This document shows, in pieces, positions 13,482 through 27,277 of a stretch of 64,000 nt of DNA. Position numbers and translations under genes: made by a program. Origin of the DNA: Eledone cirrhosa (taxonomy: Eukaryota); contig OZ024742.1 in assembly GCA_964016885.1 (NCBI GenBank), forward strand, positions 209,994,001 through 210,058,000. The letters run 5' to 3'. Position 1 is the first letter of the stretch. Every line of letters starts with the position of its first letter. The notes under the pieces are model-generated. The model was not told the origin of the DNA. It saw only the letters and a list, made by a program, of their open reading frames with translations, and did not search any database.

Positions 13482-13741
13482 TATATGTATATATATATAT
13501 ATGTACATATATATACATATATATATACACACACATATATATATACATACACACACACATACACACATATATAAACATATGCATTCATATATGCATACGC
13601 ACACATGATGTGTACACATACATAGACATACACACACATGCGTACATATATATATACATATATACACATACACACATACACACATACACACACACGTACA
13701 CATATATACACATATATACATATACATATATATATATACAT

Positions 13742-13777
<36 letters not shown>

Positions 13778-13781
13778 ATAC

Positions 13782-13849
<68 letters not shown>

Positions 13850-13987
13850 TCACACACGCATGTACATATACACACACATACACACACTTACATATATAGA
13901 TATACATACATACATATACATATATACATACTTATATATACATATATATACACAGACACACACATACGCATTCATATATACATATAT

Positions 13988-16263
13988 TGAAGTATGTTAT
14001 ACATGTGGAAAAAGCAGATAGGTAAGAAGTACTTACATAACCATAGTGCCGTGAATCGGGTCGATATGGGGGTAGGGGTAGGATGGTTCTGGAGGTGGAG
14101 GGGATATTTTGTCGAGTGGGGATTTAAAAAGAAATTTTTTTAGCCATCTGGCATCAGCACTAGCTTAAGATATTTGAAAGTTGCAAAGTTTTTGTGCATG
14201 CAATTCGGGCAGCGTTCAGAGAGTTTCTTCAGTATCGGCCCCTTGGCAAATATTATTTCGTAGCTCTCTGAAATACAAAGGTCACATCACTTGTGTCCTC
14301 CCTTATATGAGCGCGCTTTCTGGAGTATTTTCCATTTGAGCGTAAAGGGTGGAGTTCCTCTTGAGGTCCCAGACATAGGATGCGAGTGTTGTCTGATTGG
14401 ATTTGTCCGGTCTTCTGAAAGAGTGGGTATAGGCATATCAGCAGGTCTTAAAATAGTTGGAAGTCATACCAATATAAGTCTTTTTGTTGTTGTCATCAGT
14501 GCCTGAGATGACATCACATTTATAGGCGATGTCATTTGTCAGGCATTTGTTTTCAAGTGGGCAGGCTTCCTTATTTTGGCAGTTGCACAAAGTTACCGTC
14601 CTGGGATTGGGTTCGGAGGTAGTAGGCTTATTTAATTTTGTAGTGTTGAGATTGGCTATATTCCTAGCTAGGTTAGATGTAGTGGAGTAGGAGAGTCTTA
14701 TTGTATCATTATTAAAGATAGTGTAGAACCTATGTTGTGTGGGGAAGTGTATATTCAGCAATTTGAAGAAAGTCCTAGCTATAGGTGTAGAAACCTCTGT
14801 ATTGAAGCGGGGGTTTTACCAATTAATCTGCCTCTGCCTATTTCTCCTAGGTAGTCTTGGTGTGGTTTCTAGATAAGTAATCTTTTCTTTAAATCCGCTG
14901 CGGGCAAGGACGTCGTTGTAGTAAGAGGCAGAGGAGCTAAAGATATCTTCATTGACCGAGAGACCGGAGATTCTGAGTGAGACGCTTTTAACTAAGATAT
15001 ATGTGATGTTTTGGGGGTGGTTCGAATTAACATTTACATATCTGAGGGACTCGTTATGTTCGTGGTACAGGTAATAGAGGGAAGTATCTAAGTCGAGAGT
15101 GACATCTAAAAAGTTGGCCCTAGTCATATTTGATTCTATGGTTATCCTAAATCCTAGATTACGGAAGAACGAGCTTAAGTTTCTCCGAAACCCATCAATG
15201 GTTCTGGGGTTAACTTTGTGCAAGGCGAAAAGGCCATAATCTCGGTGTAATCCTCCGGTTAGGCCCGTGAAGTGGTTCTTCAGGTGGTATAAGATGTACA
15301 GGCCCACGAGATCGCTAACTTCAGCCGAGTCACTTGCCCCCATGCTGACATCGAAAGGGGTCTCAAACTTCTTGTTAATCCAGTAAGATCCCTCGTGATG
15401 TAGAAAGGTCTTACGTGGAGGATCACATCCTGCTCAGCGTCGGTTATGGTGGTGAAATTCCTGGCAAAAGCAAGTGCATCCTTCAGTAGAAACTCTCAGA
15501 TAGAAGCGTAGTAGTCTTCTATGTCCAGTTGCAGAAACTGGGTGTAGCGTTTATCGGGCAATTCTTGGAACCAAGAGATTGCCTCGGAAGTTCTGCTCCA
15601 GAGTGGGAGAGGTGAGGCCGCCCGCAGCGATGGTAGAACTCTATCAAGGATCTTTTTGCTGATAGAACCGATGTCCGAACGTGTGGGATTGATAAGTCTG
15701 ACTGATGGTTTGTTGTGGTCCTTCAGGGTAAAGTGCGGGGTCTTTACCCTTAAGGGTTCTGTTCAGTCGTGTAGTTTAAGGGACTTTGCAATTTCTTTTC
15801 CGACCGCATTGGTCTCAGACAAAGCCATCTCGTTCACCTTTTTGTAGGTAGTCGTGACAGCATATTTGCCAACTTATTATAAGTCGGTAGGTCCACCTCA
15901 TAAACGTTTTTGGTTTTATCGGAGGGGACATGGAGATTGGGGAACTTTTCATTTTCCGCATTTCAATATTTAAGTAAGCCTGGAATGGTGTGTTGGCTCT
16001 ACGAAATTTGATATCTTTGATCATCTTGAAGAGGTCTTCCTCAAATGGTTCAAGTAGGCTGTTGATGGGTGGTGCCTTATACTTTTTGAAACCGAATTTC
16101 TCATCATTGGTAGATGCTACATCAGGGTGGTCGAAGAAGAAGGCTCTCCATCTAATTCGCTTGATGAACTCGTCTGTACGTCTGATGAGTGCTTTAGGCA
16201 TTGTTTCCTTGAAGGGATCGGGATGTTCTTCATGGAAACATCGAGGTCAAGTTTGGTCAGCAT
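13988..16263 (-). mobile_element. Penelope-like retroelement with near-complete but decayed RT-GIY-YIG ORF
   Basis: Frameshifted pieces: SMKNIPIPS/EFIKRIRWRAFFF, RT motifs QLDIEDYYASI, FDVSMGASDSAEV, LHRDYGL (degenerate YRDD), ANFLDVTLDL; linker CNCQNKEACPLENKCL; endonuclease DIAYKC..TYIGMT. Confidence 0.92.
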
Positions 16264-16485
16264 GATTTCTTGGTGATGGTTAAGAGGGGCACAAGGAGTT
16301 GCACCCCAATTTGAACTTGTTTATAGAATTCTTTCTGCCTTTGTTACTCTAAATATAGCTTTTAAAGAATTAGCTTTTAAAGGATTCCCTTTTCTTTAAA
16401 CCCATCAACCAATTACCTCCACCCATTCCAATCACCTCTCTACCACCAGAAAAGATATAAATACCAGCATATTACTTGGACAGTC

Positions 16486-16536
16486 AGCTTCCTGATGATT
16501 TCTCACGAATGAAACCGTTCTAGTCCTGTAAAAGCT
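16486..16536 (+). ncRNA. Type I hammerhead ribozyme, slightly decayed (7440 family)
   Basis: AGCUUC-CUGAUGA-uUUC(ucac)GAAu-GAAACcG..CUGUA|aAAGCU; one mismatch each in stems I and III. Confidence 0.75.
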
Positions 16537-16537
16537 T

Positions 16538-16626
<89 letters not shown>

Positions 16627-16969
16627 AATATATATATATATACATAAATATATATATACATATGTCACTATTGTAACTGATTTTATATATATATATATAT
16701 ATATAAAATCAGTTACAATAGTGACATATATATTTCACTTCCGTTAGGCTCTTTATCCCAACTCATTTGGCTTGTCATAATACGAATGGCAGGCTGAATG
16801 AGTTTGGATAAACAACCCAGCGAAACTTAAGTAGCTCTATATGTCACTGTTGTAACAGATTATACATGACTCATCCCATAGACTGAGTGCTCTTAACTCC
16901 TGGATATTTACACGAAGTTTGTACTACAATATACTCACACACATACACACACACACACACACACACTCA

Positions 16970-17026
<57 letters not shown>

Positions 17027-17151
17027 GTACATACACACACACACACACACACATACACACACACACACATATATATATATATGTGTGTGTGTATGTGTGT
17101 GTATGTATGTAAAAGGTAAACAGAAATAACAACACAAGGTTTAATATATAT

Positions 17152-17188
<37 letters not shown>

Positions 17189-19179
17189 ATTTAATGACGT
17201 CTTATCGGCTAGAAAGAGCAGCGAAATACCAGTTACAATTGAATCAACTTAACGAACTAACAATTTTGGAGCAACAATATGAAACAGTACTGTAAGGAAA
17301 ATATAGCTTTTTCCACCTTAACAAAGTATTTTTTCCTGAATATTATTTGTATTAATATATATGTGTATAAAATATTGTGGGTTTCTTAAATGATATATGA
17401 CTGTCTCTCTCTCTCTAGATATATCTTTTAAATTTGTATTATTGATGCTCTGAACTAAGGTCCATTGAGCTTATACCTTTTAGACTGGTGTTTTAGTATA
17501 AAGCCTTTCATTGGATGTTTCTTTGTTGTTGTTTTTTTGTTTTTTGTTGTTTTTTTTTAGTATTGTTTTGTTTTTTGTTTGCTTTTTTCTCTTTCTCCCA
17601 AACTCACTATTACGTTGACATCTGCTATGAATTTAAAATACACAAAGCTGACTTGAACTTAGAATATAAAAATCCAGGGATTTCAAATTGCATTTAATTC
17701 CAATATTAGCGAAGATTAAGCTTTATATACTATCTAAATATACTAGGGTCTAAATATATTCAAGGCAAAATTTAGACAGAATAAATGTTTACAAACACAA
17801 AAGAGGATATTGAAGTACGTGGTTTTAGGCAACCAAATTTTCGGATGTTAGTTCTGTTTACAGTGAAGTCTTTTGATAAAAGTGAGCTAGATTAAGCGTT
17901 AAATTACTGATTTGTTGAAATACTTCTCTTTATTAAGTGATGTAAAATAAAATTGGTGTATTATATTCCATGAGGCTACAGACGAAGTTGAGAAAATAGA
18001 GCAAAATATGTTATTTATATGTGTATGTGTATTTCTCTGTGAAGTTGTGTGTTATATATATATATACACACACACTATATATATATGTGTGTGTGAGAGA
18101 GAGAGAGAGTGGGAGAGAGAGTGGGTGGCGTGTGTATGCATATGTGAGTATCTGATTTTCTCATATATGCAATTATTACTTGTCATAAAAAATTCATCAC
18201 AATGATGTGAAAGGATGTATAAAAACAAAATAAATCGATAATGATATTTTAAAAGTACAAACAGTATTTCATTAATGTATCTCAATTGTTTCCTATATTC
18301 AATAAACTGGCTTGCTAAAACATTAGAAAAATAACGTTTATTTCTACAGGAAGTGGATAACCACATCCGCTTCTGTCAAGCGTATTGAGCAAATGTTGAT
18401 AAAATGATGAATTCTTAAGTACCTTTCTGTATAGATTGGCAAATGCAATATGAGTCGTTGGTAAACCCGTTTCTTAATTCAATTTATTCAAATTATCAAT
18501 ACTGTAACTATACGATTACTAAAGTAAATCTTTTTTTATTTTCTATAATTTATTTTCCATTAAAGCATATGTACTTTAGGTTACTTTTTATATTTTCAAT
18601 TTGTATTTGTTCCGCGAGGAGAGAATTTTAGGTGGTGTGGTTCAGGTAGGCTGTGTAGGTTTCGTTTTATTTTTGCGTTTAGATTTTTGATTCCATGATG
18701 TGTTTCTAGATTAATTTCTATTTGACGTAAAAGTTGACGTGGAAATAACCGAAAAAGACAGAAGCAAAAATAGAGAGAATATAACTTATAGGATTATTCA
18801 TGCATTTATATTTACAATTTTATTTGATATATATTGATGTGTGGGGTCACAGAGAATTTTATTAAACCCGGTTTTTTTTTACAAAACATAATGTACAAAG
18901 TAGAGATAAATTTGAGAATAATTTAAATAGAAGATTGACATATTTCTCTTATTTTCTCTTCCCCCCCTCTCTCTCCCTCTCCCTCTCTCTCTCTCTTTCT
19001 CTCTCTTTCACTCTCCCTGCCTCTCTCTCTTTCTGTGTATATATATATATATATATATATAAAGAGTCCTTCAGGTCTGAGCTAAGCATGTAACCTTAAT
19101 ACTTCCTTAAAAACACTTCTGTCAGCCTTGCTTCTTGTAAACAGTTATGCTGAATGAATATTATAATATAACCCAGGCG

Positions 19180-19420
19180 CTGCTGCACTTCGAGGAGGGT
19201 AAACTCTCCAAATATCGGTGGCTCCCCGATACGTTTGCAGTCGAGCGCGTCGCAGTGGAAACTTCTGGTGTCCTTGGTCCAAGGACCATCTCCCTACACA
19301 CCACCATCGGTACAGAGTTGGCTACCCATAGGTGTGAGCCCCACGAGCTGAAATGGCTCTTCCAGCGCGTCTCCTTCACCATCCTTCGGGGAAACGCCTT
19401 CTCTATTCTGTCCACCGGGG
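19180..19420 (+). pseudogene. CRE-like non-LTR retrotransposon RLE C-terminal fragment
   Basis: EEGKLSKY...VAVETSGVLGP...WLFQRVSFTILRGNAFSILS; a second decayed copy at about 27870-27985 (WLFHRITFAILRG). Confidence 0.75.
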
Positions 19421-19552
19421 GTCATAATAGTGAGAGATGGGGAGAGCGGGAGAAACGGAGGCAGCGTATATGTATTTATTTACCACACCACAGCTGTATA
19501 TTCTCAACAAGACAAACAAGGGATTTACTTCCAAAAATAAAGCGACTATTGT

Positions 19553-19765
19553 GAATTGGCAATATCGGTAGGGCGCCGGACAACATGTTGTGTATCATAG
19601 AGTTATGGCCCTTTACGTTCGGTGTTCAAATCCCACCAAGGTTAGCTTTGCATTTCATCCTTACGGGGTCCATAAAATAAAATACCAGTCACGCACTGGG
19701 GTCGATTTAATTGACTTTCCCCTACCCCAAAATTGCTGGCCTTGTGCCTATATCAGAAACCATTC
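19553..19765 (+). mobile_element. Major tRNA-derived SINE, diverged copy
   Basis: B-box GTTCAAATCC, TTTGCATTTCATCCTTACGGGGTC core, GGCCTTGTGCCTA tail. Confidence 0.8.
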
Positions 19766-19961
19766 TAGGTAATATTCTTGACGTTAACTTACATCTTTCT
19801 TTTATGTGGTTATTGTATTTTCTTATTGGTAGCTGTTTGGTTAAACGGAATTTAATACAAATATTAAGGATGTTGACTATATCAAATGCAACATTGCCAA
19901 TATTTATCTCTATATCCTCTGTGTTTTCTCAGCCACCCTCTCTCTCTACCTCTTTCTATCT

Positions 19962-19985
19962 CCCTCTATATATATCTCTCTCCCT

Positions 19986-20028
<43 letters not shown>

Positions 20029-20600
20029 ACACACACACACTTTCTTTATCACTTGTTCTGTGTATCTATTTCTATCTGCCCTACCCTATGTCTATATATC
20101 TGTATTCAGTCACATACAAGCTGATAAACACACACTCTCACAATCACACGTGCGCATGCATACAAGAACCACATACACTCAAGCAACACATACACACACA
20201 CATACACACACACACATACACACACACCACACACTCATACACATACACATACATACATACACTTACACACACACACAGTCATACACACACACTCTCATAC
20301 ACACACACGCACACAAATACACACACAAACATACTTGTAAGCAAACTCAGTCGTATTACAATCTTCACTCATTCACTTCCTAATATAATTGTTTCTACTT
20401 TTGGCACAAGGCCAGCAAATTACCTAGTGCATTACTGGTACTTTATTTTATCGAACCCGAAAGGATGAAAGGCAAAGTTAACCTCGGCGGGATTTGAACT
20501 CAGACCATAAAGGGCCGTAACTCTTTGCTGCAAAGCATGGCGTCCGACCCTCTACCGATACTGCCAATCCACCGCCTAATATAATTGTTTCTATTTTTGG
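19962..20600. repeat. Left arm of about 640-bp inverted duplication (right arm 23688-24326)
   Basis: Reverse-complement identity covering (CT)n, unique spacer, (CA)n-rich tract and a whole SINE; ORF track shows mirror ORFs 20060+/20088+ and 24238-/24210-. Confidence 0.9.
20385..20576 (-). mobile_element. Major tRNA-derived SINE
   Basis: Full consensus GGCGGTGGATTGGCAG..GAGTTCAAATCCCGCCGAGG..GGCCTTGTGCC..GTAGAAACAATTAT. Confidence 0.9.
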
Positions 20601-21522
20601 AGAGGACAATAGACCAGGGGGTGTCCAAGGAGGAAATAACAACAAGGAGAAAGAGCAACCTTCATGAAAAATCCCTTCATAGTACCTTCTTTAAGAAAAC
20701 TGAATTTAGATAGCCACAGACATGGAACTGGTTGAAAAGAGGAGACCTTAAAAAGGCTACAGAAGGAATGCTAATGGCTGCGCAAGAGCAGGCCCTCAAA
20801 ACGAAGTGGCTGAAACACCATATTTACAAGGAGGGGGCTATCCCACTGTGTAGGATCTGTGGAGAGAGAGAGGAGACTGTGGCTCACATTATTTCCGAGT
20901 GTAAACACCTAGCCCAGACTCACTATAAAGGCTGGAGACATGATGTGATGGGCAGGGTGATCCACTGGCACCTATGCGAAGTAAACAATTTACCACATTC
21001 TGAGAAGTGGTATGAGCATAAGCCAGAGGCGGTGATAGAAAACGATCAGGTGAAGGTGCTGTGGGATTTTAGGATACAGACGGACAAGAAACTGGAACAC
21101 AATAGGCCTGACCTGGTGGTTTTGGACAAGGGAAAAAGATCGTGCCTGATTGTGGATGTGGCCTACCCATTCGACACGAGAGTGCAAGAGAAGGGGAGGG
21201 AGAAAATTAACCGATACCAGGACTTAAAGTGGGAGGTAAAAAGGATTTGGAACTGCCATGAAGTCAAAGTGGTCCCGATTGTCATAGGCGCACTAGGTAC
21301 TATCTCAAAGAGTTTCCAAGGATGGTTAAAGAAAATTGGTTCCGCCCCGCTTTTTGGAACACTTCAAAAGGCATGCTTGCTGGGAACAGCAAGAACCCTC
21401 CGATACGTCCTGAATATCTGAGGCTGCAGGTAGCGGCTTGATATTCATTTAAACAAACTTTCCAGTTAAATAACATCAATTACTGAGACTCAAAGAACAA
21501 TAATAATAATAATAATAATAAT
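20601..21522 (+). mobile_element. R4/Dong-type non-LTR retrotransposon, 5'-truncated 3' end
   Basis: ORF 20732-21421: AAQEQAL, CCHC knuckle CRICG..ETVAHIISEC, RHD, HNRPDLVV..IVDVAYP, KINRYQDL (restriction-like endonuclease); short 3'UTR and (AAT)n tail. Confidence 0.9.
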
Positions 21523-21794
21523 GATTTCTTGTATAGGCACAAGGCCACTAATTTTGGGGGAGGGGAAAGTCGATTAAATCGACCCCGTAAGGATGAAAGA
21601 CAAAGCTAACCTCGGCGGGATTTGAACTCAGTCCCTTTACTTCTGTGTTCAAATACCGCCGAGGTTAGCTTTGCTTTTCATCCTTACGGGGTCAATAAAA
21701 TATAGAACCGGTAACGTACTGAGGTAGAATTAATCGATTTTCCTTTTCCCCAAATTATTGGCCTTGTGCCTAAATCAGATACCATTATCTAGAA

Positions 21795-21983
21795 ATAATT
21801 GTTTCTACTTTAGGCACAAGGCCAGCAATTACCCAATGCATTACTGGTACTTTATTTTATCGACCCCGTAAGGATGAAAGGCAAAGTCAACCTCGGCGGG
21901 ATTTGAACTCAGATCGTAAAAGGACGTAACTATGCTGTAAAGCTTGGCGTCCGACCCTCTACCGATACTACCAATCCACCGCC
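21795..21983 (-). mobile_element. Major tRNA-derived SINE with TSD
   Basis: Full copy flanked by direct repeat CATTATCTAGAAATAAT; partial copies in opposite orientations at 21525-21785. Confidence 0.9.
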
Positions 21984-22939
21984 ATTATCTAGAAATAATG
22001 AAAAAAAAGTAACAACGATAGTCATAACAACAACGATGACTACAACAATATATAATACAGACACATTCTTACAATTCGTTTGGCACGGCGAGGAAGAGTC
22101 AACTAAATCAGGCTCACTACCGTGATTCGTCTTAACAACTCCGAAAAAATAGAACGGTTATGTCGACGAGAGCAGGATTTGAAATCAGAATACAAATAGT
22201 TTTGAAACACCGCCAGATATTTTACTCGTCGTTCTACCGCTCCCATCACCAACATCCTTTTAACGAGGATAATTGCGCTGATATATGAGAATGGTACAAT
22301 TTCACATATTTTGATGGGAAAAAGGGACAGTTGACACAATCTCCTGAGTTTATGACTGGTACCTATTTTATGGATCCTGGACATTTGAAAGGCAAATTAG
22401 AACTGTTCACCCTTAAAAATAATTATTTTCAATACTATAATATTGAACGTCGGATAGAATGCCTCTCGATATTTGATCAAGCTCATTACACTATGAGTTC
22501 AAATACCACAAAGGTCAATTTTTGCCTTCCATCCGCCCAGGGTCGACAAACAAATTAGTAGTCAGGTGCTATGGTCGGTCCTCATTTCTTCCTCTCTTTC
22601 GTAATCGGCTACATTGCACCGTCTGAAGGGCCATGCGAGACTATTTGCAATGTCTCTTTATCTCAAAATGTAGAAGGGTTCCGTGAGGGGTTAGCAACAG
22701 CTTCTCATAGAAAAAGAAGTATAGTACAGGAACATTCCGATGTACTGTACAGCACGAAACGTACATTTTGAGTTCAAACCCTCTACAGGTATTTCATTGT
22801 AATAGTGGGAAATTGTACATATGTTCCGCCACACCTAGCTATAGAGGATTGCATCACGACTACCACCACACACCACCATCAACTGCGACACAAGCACCAA
22901 CGCCAATGCCGCAACTGCAAAATAAAGCTACTACCACCT

Positions 22940-22956
22940 TGATTGTGATGGCGATA

Positions 22957-22992
<36 letters not shown>

Positions 22993-23238
22993 TTGATGGT
23001 GATGGAGATGTTGAGGATGATGATGATGATGATGATGGTGATGATGGTGATGATGATGATGATGATGGTGGTGGAAATACAAAGGAGGTAATGACAAATG
23101 TGGCGATGGGGATGTTGATTATGACGATGATGTTGATGTTGACGACGAAAAGGATAATAATGACGATGAAGATGATGACGATAACGACGACGACGACGAT
23201 AACGACGACGACGACGACGACAGTGACGGCGACAACGG

Positions 23239-23270
<32 letters not shown>

Positions 23271-23425
23271 GTGCCATTGGTGATGTTAATGCGGAAGAAG
23301 ATGATCTTGATCATATTCCTGAAGTTGATAATAATATTCATTATAACCAGGATGAGGGTGATGATGATGATTACAATGAAGACGATGATGATGATGTACA
23401 TTCTCAGGATCATAACGACGATGCT
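22940..23425. repeat. Compound (GAT/GAC/GGT)n trinucleotide microsatellite
   Basis: Direct inspection; explains the poly-M/H/S/T ORFs. Confidence 0.9.
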
Positions 23426-23523
23426 TAATATCCCTTAACTGGGGTCTCTGTCTTTGCATTAGATGGGGTTTCTCGTCTGGGTAACCCCAACAAAGATTTG
23501 CAATCAGAAAATGAAGCTGGTTT

Positions 23524-23905
23524 TGGATTGGCAGTATCGGTAGAGGGTCGGACGCCATGCTTTGCCGCACAGTTACGTCCCTTTACGGACTGAGTTCAAA
23601 TCCCGTCGAGGTTGACTTTGCCTTTCATCCTTACGGGGTCGATAAAATAAAGTACCAGTAATACACTGATTAATTGTTGGCCTTGTGCCAAAAGTAGAAA
23701 CAATTATATTAGGCGGTGGATTGGCAGTATCGGTAGAGGGTCGGACGCCATGCTTTGCAGCAAAGAGTTACGGCCCTTTATGGTCTGAGTTCAAATCCCG
23801 CCGAGGTTAACTTTACCTTTCATCCTTTCGGGCTCGATAAAATAAAGTACCAGTAATGCACTAGGTAATTTGCTGGCCTTGTGCCAAAAGTAGAAACAAT
23901 TATAT
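23524..23905 (+). mobile_element. Two head-to-tail copies of the major SINE
   Basis: Consensus at 23524-23708 and 23712-23905. Confidence 0.9.
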
Positions 23906-25953
23906 TAGGAAGTGAATGAGTGAAGATTGTAATACGACTGAGTTTGCTTACAAGTATGTTTGTGTGTGTATTTGTGTGCGTGTGTGTGTGTGTATGAGAG
24001 TGTGTGTGTATGACTGTATGTGTGTGTAAGTGTATGTATGTATGTGTATGTGTATATGTATGAGTGTGTGGTGTGTGTGTGTATGTGTGTGTGTATGTGT
24101 GTGTGTATGTGTTGCTTGAGTGTATGTGGTTCTTGTATGCATGCGCGCGTGTGAATGTGAGAGTGTGTGTTTATCAGCTTGTATGTGACTGAATATAGAT
24201 ATATAGACATAGGGTAGGGCAGATAGAAATAGATACACAGAACAAGTGATAAAGAAAGTGTGTGTGTGTGAGTGAGAGAGAGAGAGAGAGAGAGAGAGAA
24301 TTAGGGAGAGAGATATATATAGAGGGCACTAACACTTGGGAGTCAGGGTAACCCTTGTTTGGCCCTATGTGGTGGTGCTGGTGGGTTTCTGTCTGTGTAA
24401 AATATGCAGTTCTGTTTTGTTTTGTTCATATTTTTCTTTTATTTTTCTTTGCTTCTTCTTTCTACATTTAACTTAGCTAGACGATGAGAAGAGATGAGAA
24501 ATTGAATTATCAATCTCCTATTGATGTTTGATCATGTAAATGGATTTGAAAACATTTCAGTTTCCTTAAATGATGTAGAGACCGTGACAGAGAAAATCAT
24601 GTCTTACAATGGCTTACAGATGGAATTACTATTGCTAGGCTGCTTTATGATAAGCAAAATACAATTTCACCAGTGAAATACGTGACTAAATGTGAAAAGA
24701 TAACATTTAACCATCACTTAGAGACAGATCTTTTTCCTAAGCTATCTTTACAATCAGAAAGGGGGAAAAAATCATTATTCTTTCTGCACACTGCAGGCAA
24801 ATACTTTTTTGATTGTCTCAAGATTTTATTTCGTAGAATTCAGCAAATAAAACAACATTATCCGAAACAAAACTTGCCATTTCAATGTTTATGAAAGAAT
24901 CGATCAGTCATTATTTGAATAATGTGCCTTAGAAAAATTCGTTTAATGTCATTTAGCTTTTTTCAATTGCATTCAATAAATTGGCAAATAAAATACAATA
25001 CCACAATAATTGCTAACGTATTCATTTATTCTTTCGTGACAACACATATTTTAACGTGATGCAGATCGGCGTTTTTCTTTTCTCTCCTTCAAATGTTAAC
25101 AGAAAACATGAGGTCTGCTTCTTTAAAAACTGCAACAAACAAATTAGAAAATATATTTTTCCAAATCAAGCTTAATAAATTAAAGAAGCAAAAACATCAT
25201 TGACCTCTCTTAACGAAGTCAAATTTTGTAAGAGTGGGGCAAAGTTAATTGAATAAATACCAGTGTATTACTGGTATTTGTTTTATAAACCACTGTGAGT
25301 AGACAAGAGAGGAAGTTCATAGCGGTAGTCGCACACGTACTGTTGTCGTTAATTATACTGTCGTCGTTATTGTTATTGTTGTCACTGTTGCTGTAGCTTA
25401 GCCCAAGTCAGACTTTAATCGACGAATCCTATGGTCAAGGTGTTTTTGATGATGACCAGAGATCAAGCCGTTGTTATGAAATGTGGGTTCCAGTAAATTT
25501 GTTGGGAATTGACACGTGACCTAAATATCCACCTCTCCGCTGATGGTGGAGGAAGTATTTCATAATGTTCTTCTCTTTACTTTTAATATTTCCTATTTTT
25601 GCACCCCTTAGGACAATGAAGGGTAAAAAAATACCATGCGGTTTTGAGTTGCGGCTCTATCAATTCTGAGTTCAAATAATGTCTGAGTCAATTTTGCATT
25701 TCATTCTTCTGCTAGAATAAGTTTCCACATTTAAGAATTGGATAATGGTAATGGAGGGTTGGTATTAAATCGATTATGTGATCTGTTTAAGTGAGAAATT
25801 AAATTTTACTCTTTATGACGAATGTCATACCTAATATACTCAACTGGATAGCAAGGAACTAACAGAAGACCTCAACTTTGTGCAGAATACCTAGCTATTC
25901 TAATGGTGTTCATTCTTCTCCTGTATATATATATAATATATATATAGAATATG

Positions 25954-26009
<56 letters not shown>

Positions 26010-26026
26010 ATATATATATATATATA

Positions 26027-26206
26027 TAATTGTTTCTACTTTTGGCACAAGGCCAGCAATTACCCAGTACATTACTGGTACTTTATTTTATCGACCCCGT
26101 AAGGATGAAAGGCAAAGTTAACCTCGGCGGGATTTGAACTCAGAACGTAAAGGGACATAACTATGCTGGTAAGCATGTCCGACCCTCTACCGATACTGCC
26201 AATCCA
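26027..26206 (-). mobile_element. Major tRNA-derived SINE
   Basis: Consensus match within a TA-rich tract. Confidence 0.85.
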
Positions 26207-26261
26207 CATATATATACATATAATATATATATATTTTATATATATAATATATATATATAAT

Positions 26262-26318
<57 letters not shown>

Positions 26319-26393
26319 ACATATATATATATATATATATATAATATATATATAATATATATATATATAACATATATATATATATATATATAT

Positions 26394-26439
<46 letters not shown>

Positions 26440-26969
26440 TATGTATATATATGTGTACTTCTCCTGTAAAGAATTTACTTCAACACTGCAACGCGAAAGC
26501 TTCTGTGCAGTTGCTTGACTTGCTAAAACAGCAGCTTATTCTTGATGGAATCGACACCTTGCTTTCTTAAAAAAAGAAAGCCCACATTGGATAATATATT
26601 TCCTGATAGACAAAAAGTCGATATAATCGCAGATGGGACGCCTTTAACAATAGTTCTACTCAATCAAGATTGATCTGGAGAAAAACAATAACAATGAAGG
26701 TCAGTTATACCGTACGGCTATTAACTTCCAGCAGAGATAGACATGTCACCTATTCCCAGCTATTTGAACTGAAGTGCATTAGATTTGGAACACTGAAGTT
26801 TTGAGCCTTTTCATCAGACTTACTGTAACATGTGATGGCATAATACGAAATGTCAGCTCTTCGGTTCGAACGGTCAACACCTCAAATGGTTTGATGGTCT
26901 GAGGTTCTCAGCTAACCTGAGGGTCATTTTTATATTGTTTGTCTTAATGACAAAAACGTTGCAACTACA

Positions 26970-26997
26970 CCTACTGTTGTTACTACTACTACAACTG

Positions 26998-27033
<36 letters not shown>

Positions 27034-27054
27034 TTACTACTACTGCTGCTGCTG

Positions 27055-27094
<40 letters not shown>

Positions 27095-27150
27095 CACTAC
27101 CACTACCACCAACAATATCACCATTACTACCATCACCACCACTACCAGCA
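26970..27150. repeat. (TAC/CAC)n trinucleotide microsatellite
   Basis: Direct inspection. Confidence 0.9.
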
Positions 27151-27215
27151 CTCGAACAGATAGATTGTGTTTTGCCATTGAATTTTTCAGAGCTTTGTAT
27201 TCACCATTTATGATA

Positions 27216-27277
<62 letters not shown>

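Noticed and set aside
22768-23438. Poly-Met/His/Ser ORFs
   Set aside because: Trinucleotide microsatellite in all frames
26790-26860. Degenerate HHR-like words (CUGAUGA..AAAAC on minus; GAAAUGUC on plus)
   Set aside because: Stems do not pair convincingly
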